Origin: Podarcis erhardii
Lineage: Eukaryota
Strand: one strand, 5' to 3'
Length of the DNA: 64,000 nucleotides
Assembly: GCA_964252035.1 (NCBI GenBank)
Contig: OZ176201.1
Shown here: in pieces, positions 21,714-34,031 of the stretch
How positions within the stretch are numbered: the first letter of the stretch is position 1
Layout of the letters: every line of letters starts with the position of its first letter
Program-made: the position numbers and the translations under genes
Notes under the pieces: generated by a model
Databases searched by the model: none
Told to the model about the DNA's origin: nothing
The model's input: the letters and a program-made list of their open reading frames with translations, nothing else

Positions 21714-23869
21714 ATTCACTCTCTGGGTGTGTCTATTCCCCCCTTCGATCCCTAAAAAAAATCATTTTTAAGCACTCATGTATTCAATACCCATGTTTTC
21801 AAATACACAAATGATAAGAAATATGTACGGATACCCATATGCTGTATTGCCATTTACCATATTCCATAATTCTAGGGCTGTCCATATGTAACGTGACTAT
21901 AAGCTTTTAAGCAAGTCAAGAAAATTACTTTGCTTCCTCAAAATAATACAATCAATCTGTAGAACCTATTTCCTTGGACTAATATGTGAAATTGCAAGGG
22001 TGTAAAGAAGAGAAAAACTTACATTCATACAGTGCAACATCCCTGCAGCAGCCTGCATCAAAAGCAGGATCCCATTTGCTTATATCAACTGCTGTCTGTT
22101 GAGTTAACATCCGTGCTGCAGCCACTCATTTGCGGTCCCTGTCTGCTACAAAGCTCTCTCAACTTGGGGTGTGGCAGAACAGCTGCAAAGCTCTAGCAAG
22201 ACACTTAGCTGCAGCATGCAAAGTTTGTGGTCTTATGCTATTCTTTAAACACACTGAGGATGTCCACTGTAAAAGGATATTCTGGGTCAAGTACTAGTTG
22301 TGTGTGTGCGCGCGCACACACACACACACTCACACCCCTTGCCCTATACTGTTGCCAAGAGCATATTAAAAAAACATAATTGATTTTCTTTCTTGCCAGT
22401 TCTTAACCTGGACGTTGCAGTGGTGGCAGAAAAGACCTGATTAGAATCTTTCTGAAGAGGCCAGTGAGTTATAGTAATGGACACTCTTTGAGCTGTCTGT
22501 ATGGCTCATAAATCTATCCCGCTCTGAAAGTGCAGATGGTCCATAATCGTCCATCATCCCAGAGTTCAGCACTGGACAGCTCCTGGGTGGGTTTCTCCGG
22601 AGAGGCTGCCTTTTCTGCAAACTAAACGGAACTGCACCGCAGCAGTGCAGGGCTCTCTCTGTAATGGAGAGCGGGCGAGCAAGCAGGCCAGCCTTCAGCC
22701 ATGATTTAGAAGGGAATGTACAATAAATGTATTGGAGGCTGGAAGCAACCAGGGCTGTGTGGGAGAAAGGCAAGGGATCTAAAGACTGCAACTGTGCTTA
22801 CAGCAAATGAGCGAAGTCACCTGTTCAGGTCAAGGATGGCGTCACAGACTCTGTAGTGGAAAAGGAGACACCTGTTAGCTCTCCCTGTATAGGAAGCAGA
22901 TAGGAATTGGAGAGGGGAAACTGGTGATGATGGCCAGGCTTAAGTTATCCTTCTCTTGTTCTCCTCTGTAATAAGTTGCTGAAACAAAAACTTGTTTTAA
23001 CAATTGCACTGTCTTACATGGTCTTGAGAGGCAGGGAACAGCATTCGCACTTCATCCTTCCCCTGAGGAGCTTAAGGCAGTGTACAGTAGTTTTCCCCCA
23101 TGCTATACTCACAACAACCCTGTGAGGTAGGGCTGTTTGTGACCAAGCCTCTTGCCTACTCAAGATGCTTCTTGCAGGAAATAGCTATCAGAGTGGCAAG
23201 GACAAGAGCCCTTCACTTTGCACAGATACCAGACCCTGCCCGGTTCTGCGGTTCTAATCTGACTGCAATGCTATCCCTGCTAGGGAACTTCCCGGCCTCT
23301 TGCTAACATACAAAAACCAGGACCAAATAGCCTGACTGCTACTGAAGCGTGTGTGTGATGGAGGTTAAAATTGCTCCCACCATTCATTTGCCAGATGTCA
23401 ACTTGCATCAGGGCTGCCACTGGAGGCAGCATTGCATGGTCGGCAGGGAGACCAACACTGAACACGCTGCCCAGTTCACTCGGAGTCCTTATTTCCTAAC
23501 TTCTTAGCAGCATCCTTTTCTATAGCTGCTCTGGCAAGAGCTTAGAAGACTTTTGCAAAGCACTTAGCAGTCATGGGCCAGCTCTGTATGGTCCTGGGTC
23601 CAGTATGGATTGTCTCTGCACTTGTGGGTCTGGGGAGGAGCCTGCTGCTCCTGAATTGGCCTTATGAGAACTGCAGGTAGATCCCATCTAATGGTCACAT
23701 AAGTTTTCCTCCATTCTCCCTCCACAGCTCCTTGGACAGTTCACTCATTTCAATTTCAGAAATACTCTTTTGCATTCAAACAATCAGGTTCCCTATTAAG
23801 GCAGATTACAGCGGAAGAAGAGTTTTAGCCTAGCAAAGAGTGATAAAAATAAAACTAAGCTTTCTGTCC

Positions 23870-24070
23870 CATTGTTCCTCCAAGCTCAGAATAGATTATA
23901 TGGTTCTCCCCACCATCACCACCATTTATCTTCACAGGAACGCTGTGTGGTAGGTTACTTTGAGAGAGATTTATGCCACCAAGTGAACTAGTGAGCTTCG
24001 TAGTTGAGTGGGGATTTGAACCCAGGTTTCCCCAATCCATACTTGACACTCCAGCCAATCTACCACACTG
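23870..24070 (-). mobile_element. Old MIR/Squam3-like SINE
   Basis: gtgagcttcgtagttgagtggggatttgaacccagg...taccacactgg is the reverse of a tRNA-like head and core. Similar decayed copies near 19740-19930, 23040-23135, 24940-25065 and 62340-62520. Confidence 0.6.
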
Positions 24071-24457
24071 GTTTGTGCTGAACAGACCAGAGGGAAATGT
24101 GACCCAGACTACATTTTTATATAGACACCTGGGGTGGTGCTTCATTTCTAGGAGAATTGTACCAGGCTGCCTATATTAGCTTTTCAAGGGTTTCTTAATG
24201 ATTGTGACCAGTCAGGATTTGGAAGCTTCCTCTAGAGACATCCATGGATTGTATTAGCGCTTCTTGCCAATGCTTTTGTGGTGCTGTCTCATGCCTACAA
24301 TAAGCAAGATTTCCTCTGACTCACATTTGGATGTTGCTCCACAGCTGAGGTCGTGTTTGTCTAGGAAGGACCGAAATGTGCTTTTTACTACATTTTGTGG
24401 ACTGAGCTTAAGCCCCATCACCTCTTTGGGTCATTTCCATCTTTTCACATCTCTCTT

Positions 24458-24580
24458 CTAGAGCATAAGACTCTTAATCTCAGGGTCTTAGGTCCAAGCC
24501 CCACGTTGGGTGAAAGATTCCTGCATTGCAGGAGGTTGGACCAGATGATCCTCGTGGTCCCTTCCAACTCTACGATTCTT
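24458..24580 (+). mobile_element. SINE with tRNA-Lys(CTT)-derived head and CR1-derived tail
   Basis: tagagcataagactcttaatctcagggtc...agccccacgttggg followed by attcctgcattgcaggaggttggaccagatgatcctc...ccttccaactctacgattct. Confidence 0.85.
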
Positions 24581-24854
24581 CCACCCTTTTGTTCTCCGGC
24601 ACTTGTGTCATAGGTCTAGCTCAGGATGGGCAATGGAGGATGCATTGCTGCCATGTTTGCCTCTCCTTGAACCTCACTTAAGCCCTTTCCCCTTTGTCTG
24701 CTTTTTCTTGCCAGTTCTTGCAGGTCAAATTGAGGACTCCCTTGCTTCTCATCCTTGCAACTTGTGCTGCTTGCCACAGTGGCACCTTTGCATAAATTTT
24801 CTTCCTTACAATTATAGCCTGCCTTTCTAGCAACAAGGATCTCAAGGTGCCATA

Positions 24855-24890
24855 CACAAACACACACACACACACACACACACACGCACG

Positions 24891-24936
<46 letters not shown>
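24855..24936. repeat. Compound (CA)n/(CG)n microsatellite
   Basis: Direct observation. Confidence 0.9.
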
Positions 24937-24939
<3 letters not shown>

Positions 24940-25170
24940 CCCTTTATCCACACAACAACCCTTTGAGGTTAGACTGAGAGACTGTGACTGACCCAAGGTG
25001 AGCTTCATGGCTGGGTGGTGATTGAACCCTGGTCCAACATTCTAGCCACTATACCACATTGGCTATCCTTTAAATGCTTTAGGCTGCTGATCCTTTAAGC
25101 ATTGTTGTGCTCATTGAAGTTTGGGGTGTGACCTGCCCTACCCCACCTGATATGGGCAACAGGAGCTGGT

Positions 25171-25297
25171 AGAATCATAGAATTGTGTAGTTGGAAGGGA
25201 CCATGCAACTCCCTGCAATTCAGGAATTTTTTGCCCAGTGTGGGGCTCGAACCCACAGCCCTGAGATTAACAGCCTCATGCTCTACCAACTGAGCTA
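25171..25297 (-). mobile_element. tRNA-Lys/CR1-tail SINE
   Basis: Reverse complement of the same head (ggggctcgaaccca...ctgagattaa...catgctctaccaactgagcta) and tail. Confidence 0.8.
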
Positions 25298-25788
25298 ACT
25301 CCTGTTAGCATGCTAGTGTGGGTTTAATTGGCTTCAAGCTGTGGCAACTAGCTATGTAAGATGCTATGCACCCCTCAGGGACTTTAGAACCCAGACAGCC
25401 CCTGCTGTTCCCCAAAACTGGAGCAAGCCAGGTTTTACTTGCTGGCTTCCTGGATGTGAACTCCCTGCTCCCAGTTTTTTCCCCTTCCAAAGCACTAGTA
25501 GGCTTCTCGTAAAGCTTTAATTAGGTTGCCTCATTACCCACAGAGAGGAACCTTCCCCCAGTTGACCACTTCACATGTCCCCAGCTGTATGAGGTAGCAG
25601 GAAAATGACAGAGTTGTGCAGCAAAATGAGCATAACTGTAATGTTTGCACAATAAAGGAATGGGCCTACCCAAGGTGAGAAAACCACAAGAAAGTTTGGA
25701 GGAGTGGGGTGATGTGTTTTTGGGAAACAACCAGGGATAACCATTCTCCCTTTCCCAACAGTCCCCTCCCCCTTATGAGCTGGTATGT

Positions 25789-25856
25789 GAGAAGCTGGTA
25801 TGCATGTGTTGTTGTTGTTGTTAGGGAGTCCCAGTACCTTGAAGCTGGTATGCATG

Positions 25857-25904
<48 letters not shown>

Positions 25905-25935
25905 ATACCACCCTTCATCCATAGATCTCAGGGCA
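25789..25935. repeat. (GTT)n microsatellite with a duplicated gaagctggtatgcatgt flank and an L2-like tail on the minus strand
   Basis: gaagctggtatgcatgtgttgttg occurs twice (about 25790 and 25841). The long (GTT)n run is followed by tataccacccttcatcc. Confidence 0.65.
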
Positions 25936-25962
25936 GTTCCCAGTGTAAAAATACAAGAGCTT

Positions 25963-26083
25963 GCAGGATAGCTCAGTTGGTAGAACATGAGACTCTTAAT
26001 CTCAGAGTTGTGGGTTCAAGGCCCCACCTTTGGCCTGCATTGCAGTAGGTTGGACTAGATGACCCTCATGGTCACTTCCAGCT
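25963..26083 (+). mobile_element. tRNA-Lys/CR1-tail SINE
   Basis: gatagctcagttggtagaacatgagactcttaatctcag...cctgcattgcagtaggttggactagatgaccctc. Confidence 0.8.
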
Positions 26084-26395
26084 TGGGTCTGGTCTAGGGA
26101 ACCACCTGTCTTAATCTGGACGGAGCTTTGGTTTGTTGGCTCTCATCCAGTCCAGTATCAAGGCACATCCACTACGCCTGCAGATGTGAATAAGTAGAGC
26201 TGTGTGTCATCTTCATATTGCTACTGTGTTAGCTACTGGGCCAGTGGAGAGGATTTTGTGTGAGAGTTTTGCTCACCCCCACCAGTATTTCTGACAGACC
26301 TTCCTCAGCGTCTTTACACTCACCGTTGTCTTGCCCTGTGAGCTCCCATTTTGAACACAAGGCAATCCACACATTTGAGAGTTGTGAGTGAAAGA

Positions 26396-27703
26396 TGGCT
26401 ACTTCTTGAGAATACAGATATTCTGGATCTGGAAGGTTATGATAATAACTTTGGTTGGCATGCATATTTATGGTATGACAAGGTAAAGGTACATAGAAAC
26501 TTTAAAAACCATATTGTCAGGAAAGCACTGTATAATGTATGGAATCGATATAAAGATTTGTTAGAGAGTAAAACCCCCAGGTGGTTGTCACCAATGGAAG
26601 CCAAGGCGGTAAAAAGACTGAACATGGATTCAGATTGGCCAAAATATTGTGAAATTATAGAATATGATGGTGAAAAGTTAAAACTACAGAGTTTTGAGAA
26701 ATTGAAACCTAAAGTCCGAGACTGGTTACATTATTACCAGATTAATGAGACCTTTAAGCAGGACAGGAAACTAGGATTCCAGAAGGAGAGGTCAAAGTTA
26801 GAAACAGAATTGCTAGAACCCAATACTAAGAATTTGTCTAGAATGTATAATTTGCTGCTAAAATGGAACACACAGGATGAAACGGTTAAATCAGCCATGA
26901 TTAAGTGGGCACAAGATATTGGTCATGATATTATGTTTGCTGACTGGGAGCAGTTATGGACCACAGGTATTAAATTTACGGCATGTAGTGCCTTAAAAGA
27001 GAATATAATGAAAATGATCTATAGGTGGTACATGACCCCAGTCAAGCTTGCAAAGATATATCATTTGCCCAATAACAATTGTTGGAAGTGTAATGAATGC
27101 GAAGGAACTTTTTATCATCTTTGGTGGACCTGCCCGAAGATTAAGGCCTACTGGGAAATGATCTATAATGAAATTAAGAAAATCCTTAAGTGGACATTTG
27201 TAAAGAAACCGGAGGCTTTTCTCTTGGGCATGGTAGGCCAAATGGTTCCAAAGAAAGATAGAACATTTTTTATGTATGCAACAACAGCAGCAAGAATTCT
27301 TTTGGCAAAGTATTGGAAGACTAAAGAATTACCTACTCTGGAAGAATGGCAGACCAAGGTGACTGAATTTATGGGACTGGCAGAGATGACCGGCAGAATC
27401 CGTGACCAGAGGAGAGAGACAGTGGAAGAAGACTGGAAAAAATTCAAAATCTATCTTAAAAATTGTTGTAAAATTTCGGAATGTTAAGATGTCAAGGGAT
27501 TGGATATAAAGAATTACAGCTGTAAAAATTGAAACTTAAAAAACTTTAAAGAGAATTAAATATAAAAAGGGATGAAGGATTGCTAAAAAATTTTAAAACA
27601 AGGATGCAGTGAAGGGGAGGTTTGGGGAAGTCGTGTTATGTTTGTCTGTTTTTTGTTTATGTTGTAAAATTAATAAAAATTATTTTTTTTTTAAAAAAAA
27701 AAA
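26396..27703 (+). mobile_element. 5'-truncated L1 LINE (ORF2 C-terminal region, 3' UTR, tail)
   Basis: Uninterrupted frame to 27487 with the CCHC knuckle CWKCNECEGTFYHLWWTC. AATAAA at 27672, T10-A11 tail, 19-bp TSD gagagttgtgagtgaaaga at 26377-26395 and 27704-27722. Confidence 0.95.
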
Positions 27704-30276
27704 GAGAGTTGTGAGTGAAAGAGAGACAAATAGATGTATGATGTTTTTGCTGGAATGGGCAGGTAGGGGAAGGGAAGTTATCAGACTGGGAGGAAATGAA
27801 GTTAATCCAGCCACTGGGAACTGGGATGATTTCCATGGCAACATGACGGTTTTGGGGTATACGGGGACCCTGAGGTGCAGGAAAGGGCATCACGCAAGGG
27901 TCTCCCTCTTTGAAGAGTGACCTGGATTTTGAGTGCATAGCTTTGATGTGCTTGTAATGCCAGCAGGCTGGAATTGGTTAGGATTACCATTGAGCAGAGA
28001 ACTGGCGTGAGCAGAGCGAGGTGAGAACAGGGAGGGGGGCAGGTGGAGTCTTGACTGGAAGTTGAGGACACTGAAATCTATCAGTTGAGGGGAGACACTG
28101 ATGTTTGAAGAGCTCCCATGCAAACTGAATGGGCTTCTGGGAGCAATTCTGCATGAGAAGAATGTTCCCAGGCATCTTTCTTGTGCCAATATGCTGCTTA
28201 ACTTTGAAGTGCGCAATACGAGTGCAGTCATTATCATCCTGCAGGGTCACAGAATTACAGCATAATAATCCTATGCATGTTTTCTCAGAGGTAAATCCCA
28301 TTAAATTAAAAAAGGGCTTAAGAATCATATAAGCATGTACCCGGAAGCAATGGGATTTACTTATGAGTAGATGGGATTTACTTATGTGCACAGGATTCGC
28401 AGACCTTTTTCCAGTTCTTCTTATAGTGTATTCCTGTTGCTTTGAGTTCCCCTGGTCCTTGGTTTATTTGCTTTTTGAAGAAGATCACAGGCTTTGCACC
28501 TTTATCCATTTGACATAGTCTTTGGAACCCTGGGCTGTTTTACTCTGACGTTTCTAGGTGCCAAGTGCACAAATAGTCCAGCTTGTTCTGTGTTGCTAAG
28601 AGATGTGGTGCATTTCCACATGGGCAGAGCACCCTAAAGTTGAGTTCACTTCAAGTTCTCCACCCTTTCATAACACAGCACTGGATGTCCAGTTGTAATG
28701 AACTCAAGAAGAACTTCCTTGAAGGTAGGTGGGTTAAAAACAATAAAATAAGGGGGAAAGGTGGGGCAAATTGCACAGCAGAACAGAATAAAAAATACAT
28801 GCTTCTAGACTATATTTAACCCGTTGTCTCTGGTATAAGAGTCATTTTTCATAACCTATGGCATCTCCCTCACACTTGGCCCAAAATGGATGATATTGTT
28901 TTCCACTGTAACCTTTTTCTTTACAAGCTCAAACCTTCTAGCACATGCACACCCCCCCCTAAAACAGCCTGGGCTTCCCTAGGATGTTATCTTGTTTCCT
29001 TAGAGGATCTTTCACTCTCAACCTATTGAACTAGTCTTCTGCCAGCCTAAATAAAAAATCGTGTTTGTCCTCCTCTGCTATGCTATAGATGAGGCAGAGA
29101 CAGAATCTGGTTTTATGGATCAGTAGGAAGAACCTGAATTCCTGATCCCATATTGTTTGGGGGAAAACCGGAGGCATAGGAAGTTATACTAGCCCCTTCT
29201 TCCCAACTTTTTTTTGCTGGAGGCCTTTCTCCCAGATGCAGGAGATGCAGGCAGGTGCAGAAGGATGATCTGGTAACCAGGTATGTTGGAGCACAATGAA
29301 GCTCAAGCAACCTGAGTGTGAGTGCACTTCCCTGTATCCACCATACCTCTGATAGCCCTGCAGTTTGGCCGGTGTTGGAGCTTCAATGTGGCTTCTGTAA
29401 TAACTTTCCTCCATGCAAATTTTGTGTATGGCTGTCCACAGCGTCCCGTCTTCCTGTGGCATCGCTGGCTTGGAAGGCGTTCCTCACAGACCTGCGGGTA
29501 GCATGCAGAGCAAGTAATGGGTAATAGATAATAATTAATAGAGCACTAAGGTGGTGAGGTAGAGAAATAGAAAGATAATTTTCTTTATCCTTGGGGAGGC
29601 TATAGTTTGCACACTGCCCTTTTTAAAACTCTGTTTACAGCAGCCATTTGGGTTACACATCACTTTGTATAAAGCTCCCTTGGGGATATGTAATAATGGC
29701 TCTTTGATTAGTGGCTTTTTGGCTGCAGAGGGAGTAGCGAGGAGCTGCATCAGGGCTTTACTAGGCAACTTGAAGTGGGAGTAGGAGGCTGCTTTCAACC
29801 ATCCGTCTAGGCTCAACCTGCTTCATCCACCACTACTACCTGGCTGAGCAGCTTAGAGACTGATGCCACGGTCTCTATGTGCAGCCAACTGACTCAACCA
29901 GCAAAGAAACTGCTTCTTAATATGGGACCTACAATGCTTAATGTTTGTCGCCTGGGTTTTTATTTTAGCATGCTTGTTCAAATGCAGCACTGAGGGGTCT
30001 GGACATGGCTTCATTCTGCAACACCTCAGACTGTCCTACAGTTTGTAGGATAGCAAGGGAGGTGCTTGAATGGGCTGCAGGGGGGGGGGCAGTGAAGGTG
30101 GGGAGCAACTACATGTTGAGCCCAGTAATAGTGCTCATAGAAATTTGGAGCTAGACAGAGGTAGCAGGTATCTGACACCCTGTTACACGGTTGCTGTAAG
30201 GGTGAGCTCAATTCCTAGTGTTGGTGTTAATTGCTTCCACATTCAATAACCCCCCCCTTTTTTTTTTTTTGCAATA

Positions 30277-30504
30277 CAGTGGTATCTCCGGTTACGAACT
30301 TAATTCGTTCCGGAGGTCCGTTCTTAACCCGAAACCATTCTTAACCTAAGGCGCGCTTTCGCTAATGGGGCCTCCTGCTGCTGCGTGACTTCCTCTCGCA
30401 TCCCTGGGCAAAGTTCGCTACCGGGAGCACCTACTTCTGGGTTAGTGGAGCTCATTACTTGAAGTGTTCGTAAGGAGGACGGTACGTAACCAGAGGTTCC
30501 ACTG
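30277..30504. mobile_element. Tigger-like MITE
   Basis: cagtggtatctccggttacg ... cgtaaccagaggttccactg, TA on both sides. Confidence 0.85.
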
Positions 30505-30855
30505 TATCCACAAAAGCATCTTCTGGAAGGATAAACACCCACCAATTATTGTGTTTATGTGAATCTAATGCGCCATCGAATCTAATCCACACCTCAATTT
30601 TCAAAACCTTGAAACCAAAGAAGTATTTTCTGGTGAATGTAAAAGCACCTTCAGGTCTAATGCACACCCTAATTTATGCGATGTAATTTCGCCCAAAAAG
30701 ATGTGCATTACATTAGAGTAAATATGGTATTATGCAATGGTCGGAGGACCTCACCACATTTGCTACAGTTGATTTTTTTGTTTTTTTGTTATATAAATGC
30801 CAAGTCCATGTTTGGACACCTAGAGGGCTTATTTTGAACCTGTGTGTTTGATTTC

Positions 30856-31304
30856 TGTCAGGGAACTGCCATCAGAACAGGGGCGGGAAACAGAGGGGCA
30901 GTTGTGTTACAGGGAGCCTCTGAAAATCTTGCGAAGCAGTTCCTCTTCCGGGGAGGAGGAAAACCCAACTCCAGTGGGGAAGAGGTGAAAGGACCAGAGG
31001 ATGCTGGTAGGAGCCTCAACACCGCTCCTGGCAAAGCTGGCCAGAAGGGAAGCACGCCCATTCCGTCGCCCACCCTGCGCATAAGTCTAAAGCGCAAAGA
31101 GGGAAGGAAAAGGCTGGGCATAAAGAGACTTTTCTGCTGGGGGAGGTCCAGGAAACAAGCACTCCCGGATTCTGCTAGCGATTGAGGCAAACATGAATTT
31201 TGGGGTTCTGCACTGTAAATAGTTTTGCACCTAAATAAAACCTGTAAAAGACAGGTCAGAGTCCTGCCAGGTTACTCGTGAGCAACCACCTTTGCCATCT
31301 TACA
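30856..31304 (+). mobile_element. Solo LTR (Ty3/Gypsy-like)
   Basis: Starts TGT and ends ACA. Perfect 5-bp TSD atttc at 30851-30855 and 31305-31309. AATAAA near 31233. 449 bp, GC-rich. Confidence 0.85.
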
Positions 31305-31322
31305 ATTTCATTTCATCATCAC

Positions 31323-31460
31323 AGCTCAGTCAGTAGAGCATGAGACTTTTAATCTCATCATCATGGGCTTGAGCCCCATGTTGGGCAGAAGATTCCTGCA
31401 TTGCAAGGAATGGGGCTAGATGACTCCGGGGGTCCCTTCCAACTCCACAATTCTATGATT
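31323..31460 (+). mobile_element. tRNA-Lys/CR1-tail SINE
   Basis: agctcagtcagtagagcatgagacttttaatctc...attcctgcattgc...ccttccaactccacaattctatgatt. Confidence 0.8.
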
Positions 31461-31601
31461 TCACTTCATTGTTTCACCTGTATGCCAAAACCATGACATT
31501 TCCATAGCCAAAACCATGTGCAAGGCAACTTACAACATGAAAAAAAATAGAAAAGTGTTCATGAAGAACAAACAAAACACCAAAAAGTACACAACCAAAT
31601 C

Positions 31602-32070
31602 AAACAACAACAACAACAACAATAATAAATATTTATACCCCACCCTCCCCAGCCTCAGGACGGCTAACAACCAATAATAAAAACAAGTAGATTTATATAC
31701 AACTTAAAAAAGAAAATTAAAATACAACATTAAAACATTAAAATGCAGCCTCATCTCAGGAGGAGAAAGGAAAAAGAAAGAGGGGGAGGGAATCAAACTG
31801 ATTCCAAGCCAAAGGCCAGGCAGAACAACTCTGTCTTACAGGCCCTGCGGAAAGAAATCTTCTGCGGAAAGAAATCTTCTTCTGCAGGGCCCTGGTCTCA
31901 TGAGACAGAGCGTTTCACCAGGTCGGAGCCAGTGTTGAAAAGGCCCTGGCTCTGGTTGAGGCTAATCTAACCTCCTTAGGGCCCGGGACCACTAGGGTGT
32001 TGCTATTTATGGACCTTGAGGCTCTCCGTGGGGCATACCGGGAGAGGCGGTCCCGTAGGTATGAGGGTCC
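31602..32070 (-). mobile_element. L2 LINE 3' fragment (ORF2 end, UTR, simple-repeat tail)
   Basis: Minus strand translates GPSYLRDRLSRYAPRRASRS...RARAFSTLAPTW*N...ACKTELFCLAF. Contains a 17-bp internal tandem duplication of ctgcggaaagaaatctt. Confidence 0.85.
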
Positions 32071-32209
32071 TATAAATCACAATAAGATCTAAAATAAAGG
32101 TGGCAAAAAGTCTGCAAGGCAGGGAGCACGTTTTCCAGGACTCAGCAAAATTTAGTGGGAAGTACTGGTGGCAATTGTATTATCAACATGAGCTAACAGG
32201 ATGTATTGG

Positions 32210-32244
<35 letters not shown>

Positions 32245-32456
32245 CTGTCCTTTTTTTAAAAAAAACACTTTTTTATTTCTTAGTTATTTTTGGCACTTAA
32301 AAATAAATATTTATATATATAAAAAGAAACTTCTTTTGCATGCCAGCAAAGGGCATGATTAAGGGCTTGACTAGTTTGATTTCATTCATTCTTCTTAGAA
32401 CAGGAGCACATAATAAAACGTGAACCCTATACAGTACCTTTGCATATGTATATGTG

Positions 32457-32458
<2 letters not shown>

Positions 32459-32515
<57 letters not shown>
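32459..32515. repeat. (CT)n(CA)n microsatellite
   Basis: Direct observation. (TG)n arrays also at 32212-32242 and 39798-39832, and (TCC)n at 39326-39365. Confidence 0.9.
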
Positions 32516-32516
<1 letters not shown>

Positions 32517-33887
32517 AGCTAACAAACCCAAGCTGAAATTGATTATAAGATACTCATTTAACTCCCAACAGGTGGTGGGATACTGGGCTAGACAGATGAC
32601 TTCGTATCTGGGATTTTCTCATTCTAAGAGAAATGGAGTCGTGAAAGCCAACACAAACCAAGCCCCCTTGCTTAGCCCCACTGATAAGAGTATTTCCCCA
32701 GTTGGTCTATTCAGAAGAGCACTGCCACTCCTCTATTCCTGGTCTATCTGATATTTTTCTGCTAGTAGCAGGGGATATTTTTTTTTTTGCTACACCCCCA
32801 GTAGGCCCTTTGCGCCTGCGCTTCCCAAAGGATCATAAATTCCAAGCAGTGCAATCCTGCTATGTCAGCAAGTCTGAAAAATAAATTGATATTAAATGCA
32901 ACAAAAGTCTCCTCTAATTCACTGTGGTGCCTTCCCCAATCCCTCCACAAAGTAGTAACTGAAAAGGGAAAGAACGGAAAGTGTTTTAGCTTATGCCTGG
33001 AATAACTCCAGCCCTCCAAGTAAGGGAGGCTTGTTAATTAGGGATTACTTACAAATAACTGTGATTGCTGAGTCGCCTCTCTTTCTCCTGTGCAGGTACA
33101 TCAGCCAAAGCAGCACACCAAAGTTGTGCATAATGTAAACGTGTTCACATACAAATGATCTCCATCCTAGGACCACGTGTACACAAACTTCTATAGGGTG
33201 CTTCAGATGGGGGCTTAATTTGCAAACAGGTTTTTGGAATATCACATGTGGGTTGTTGGCATCAGAGTTCCCCCCCTGGAAGGGGTAAATACAGATTAAA
33301 TGGCGGGGGAAGAGTAGGATAGGGGCTGACATTTTTTTTCTGATGACATTGCGTCAATGCTGCAAAAAATATTTATTGCAGAAGGAGCATTGATCCCATA
33401 ATAAGCACCCATCTGGAAGCACCTATGGTTTCTCTCTCCATCTTTTGCACACAGACTCACACCGAAACTTGTTCTCATCCGCATAGAAAAGACAGTGGTC
33501 GTCATCCCATCATTTAACTAAAAAGAGAGTGAATATGGGCACCAGCTACTGTAGTATGAGCAACTTGTTGGTCTTCCCATACAGAAAAGTGTTCTATAGG
33601 ATGTAGCATAATACTTCAAGCTGTGCCACAAACAGTTGCCACTTTTCATACCTTACTCTAACTTTTGAAATACTTCAGATCCTCTAAAAATAAGCCTGCC
33701 ATGTTTAGGCAGTCGTCCAAACTTCAAAACTTTTGTTTATGCAGCCATGGCCCTTGTGGCCATCAGCTCCTACCCTCCCACTTGTTCTCTCTTTGTCCCA
33801 CTATGTGTTGACTTTGGTGCTAAGATCCTGGTGTGCCTTAAGCCAGAGTTCCCCATTACGTCTGAACCAGAGAACTGTATCTTAGTT

Positions 33888-34031
33888 CACATCTGCACCA
33901 TACATTTAAAGTACATGGGAACTGCTGCTCACCCCCTCACGGAGCTACAATTCCCAGCATACTTAACAAACTACAGTTCCCAATATGCTTTGAGTAAAAA
34001 CTGTGTGCTTTAAATGTTTGGTGTGGATGTG
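33888..34031. mobile_element. Palindromic non-autonomous DNA element
   Basis: About 28-bp terminal inverted repeats cacatctgcaccatacatttaaagtaca / tgtgctttaaatgtttggtgtggatgtg. Decayed relative near 48320-48480. Confidence 0.65.

Noticed and set aside
22441-22791. 116-aa minus-strand ORF and surrounding exon-like GC-rich sequence
   Set aside because: No recognisable domain, non-ATG start, and no consistent splice-site pair giving an open exon on either strand.
25963-26035. tRNA-Lys and tRNA-Ile genes (also 10385-10450, 31323-31390, 50010-50085)
   Set aside because: Stems and boxes are degenerate and each runs into a CR1-derived tail, so these are SINE heads rather than tRNA genes.
25571-26048. 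Poly-Q, poly-N, poly-L and poly-C ORFs (also 19940-20185, 39113-39559)
   Set aside because: These are translations of trinucleotide microsatellites.
26351-27487. 378-aa ORF as a host gene
   Set aside because: It is the L1 ORF2 C-terminal fragment. The apparent start is a TTG in flanking DNA upstream of the TSD.
29180-29470. Possible RTE endonuclease fragment on the minus strand (GLSEVWW)
   Set aside because: A single short motif amid stops is insufficient to call.
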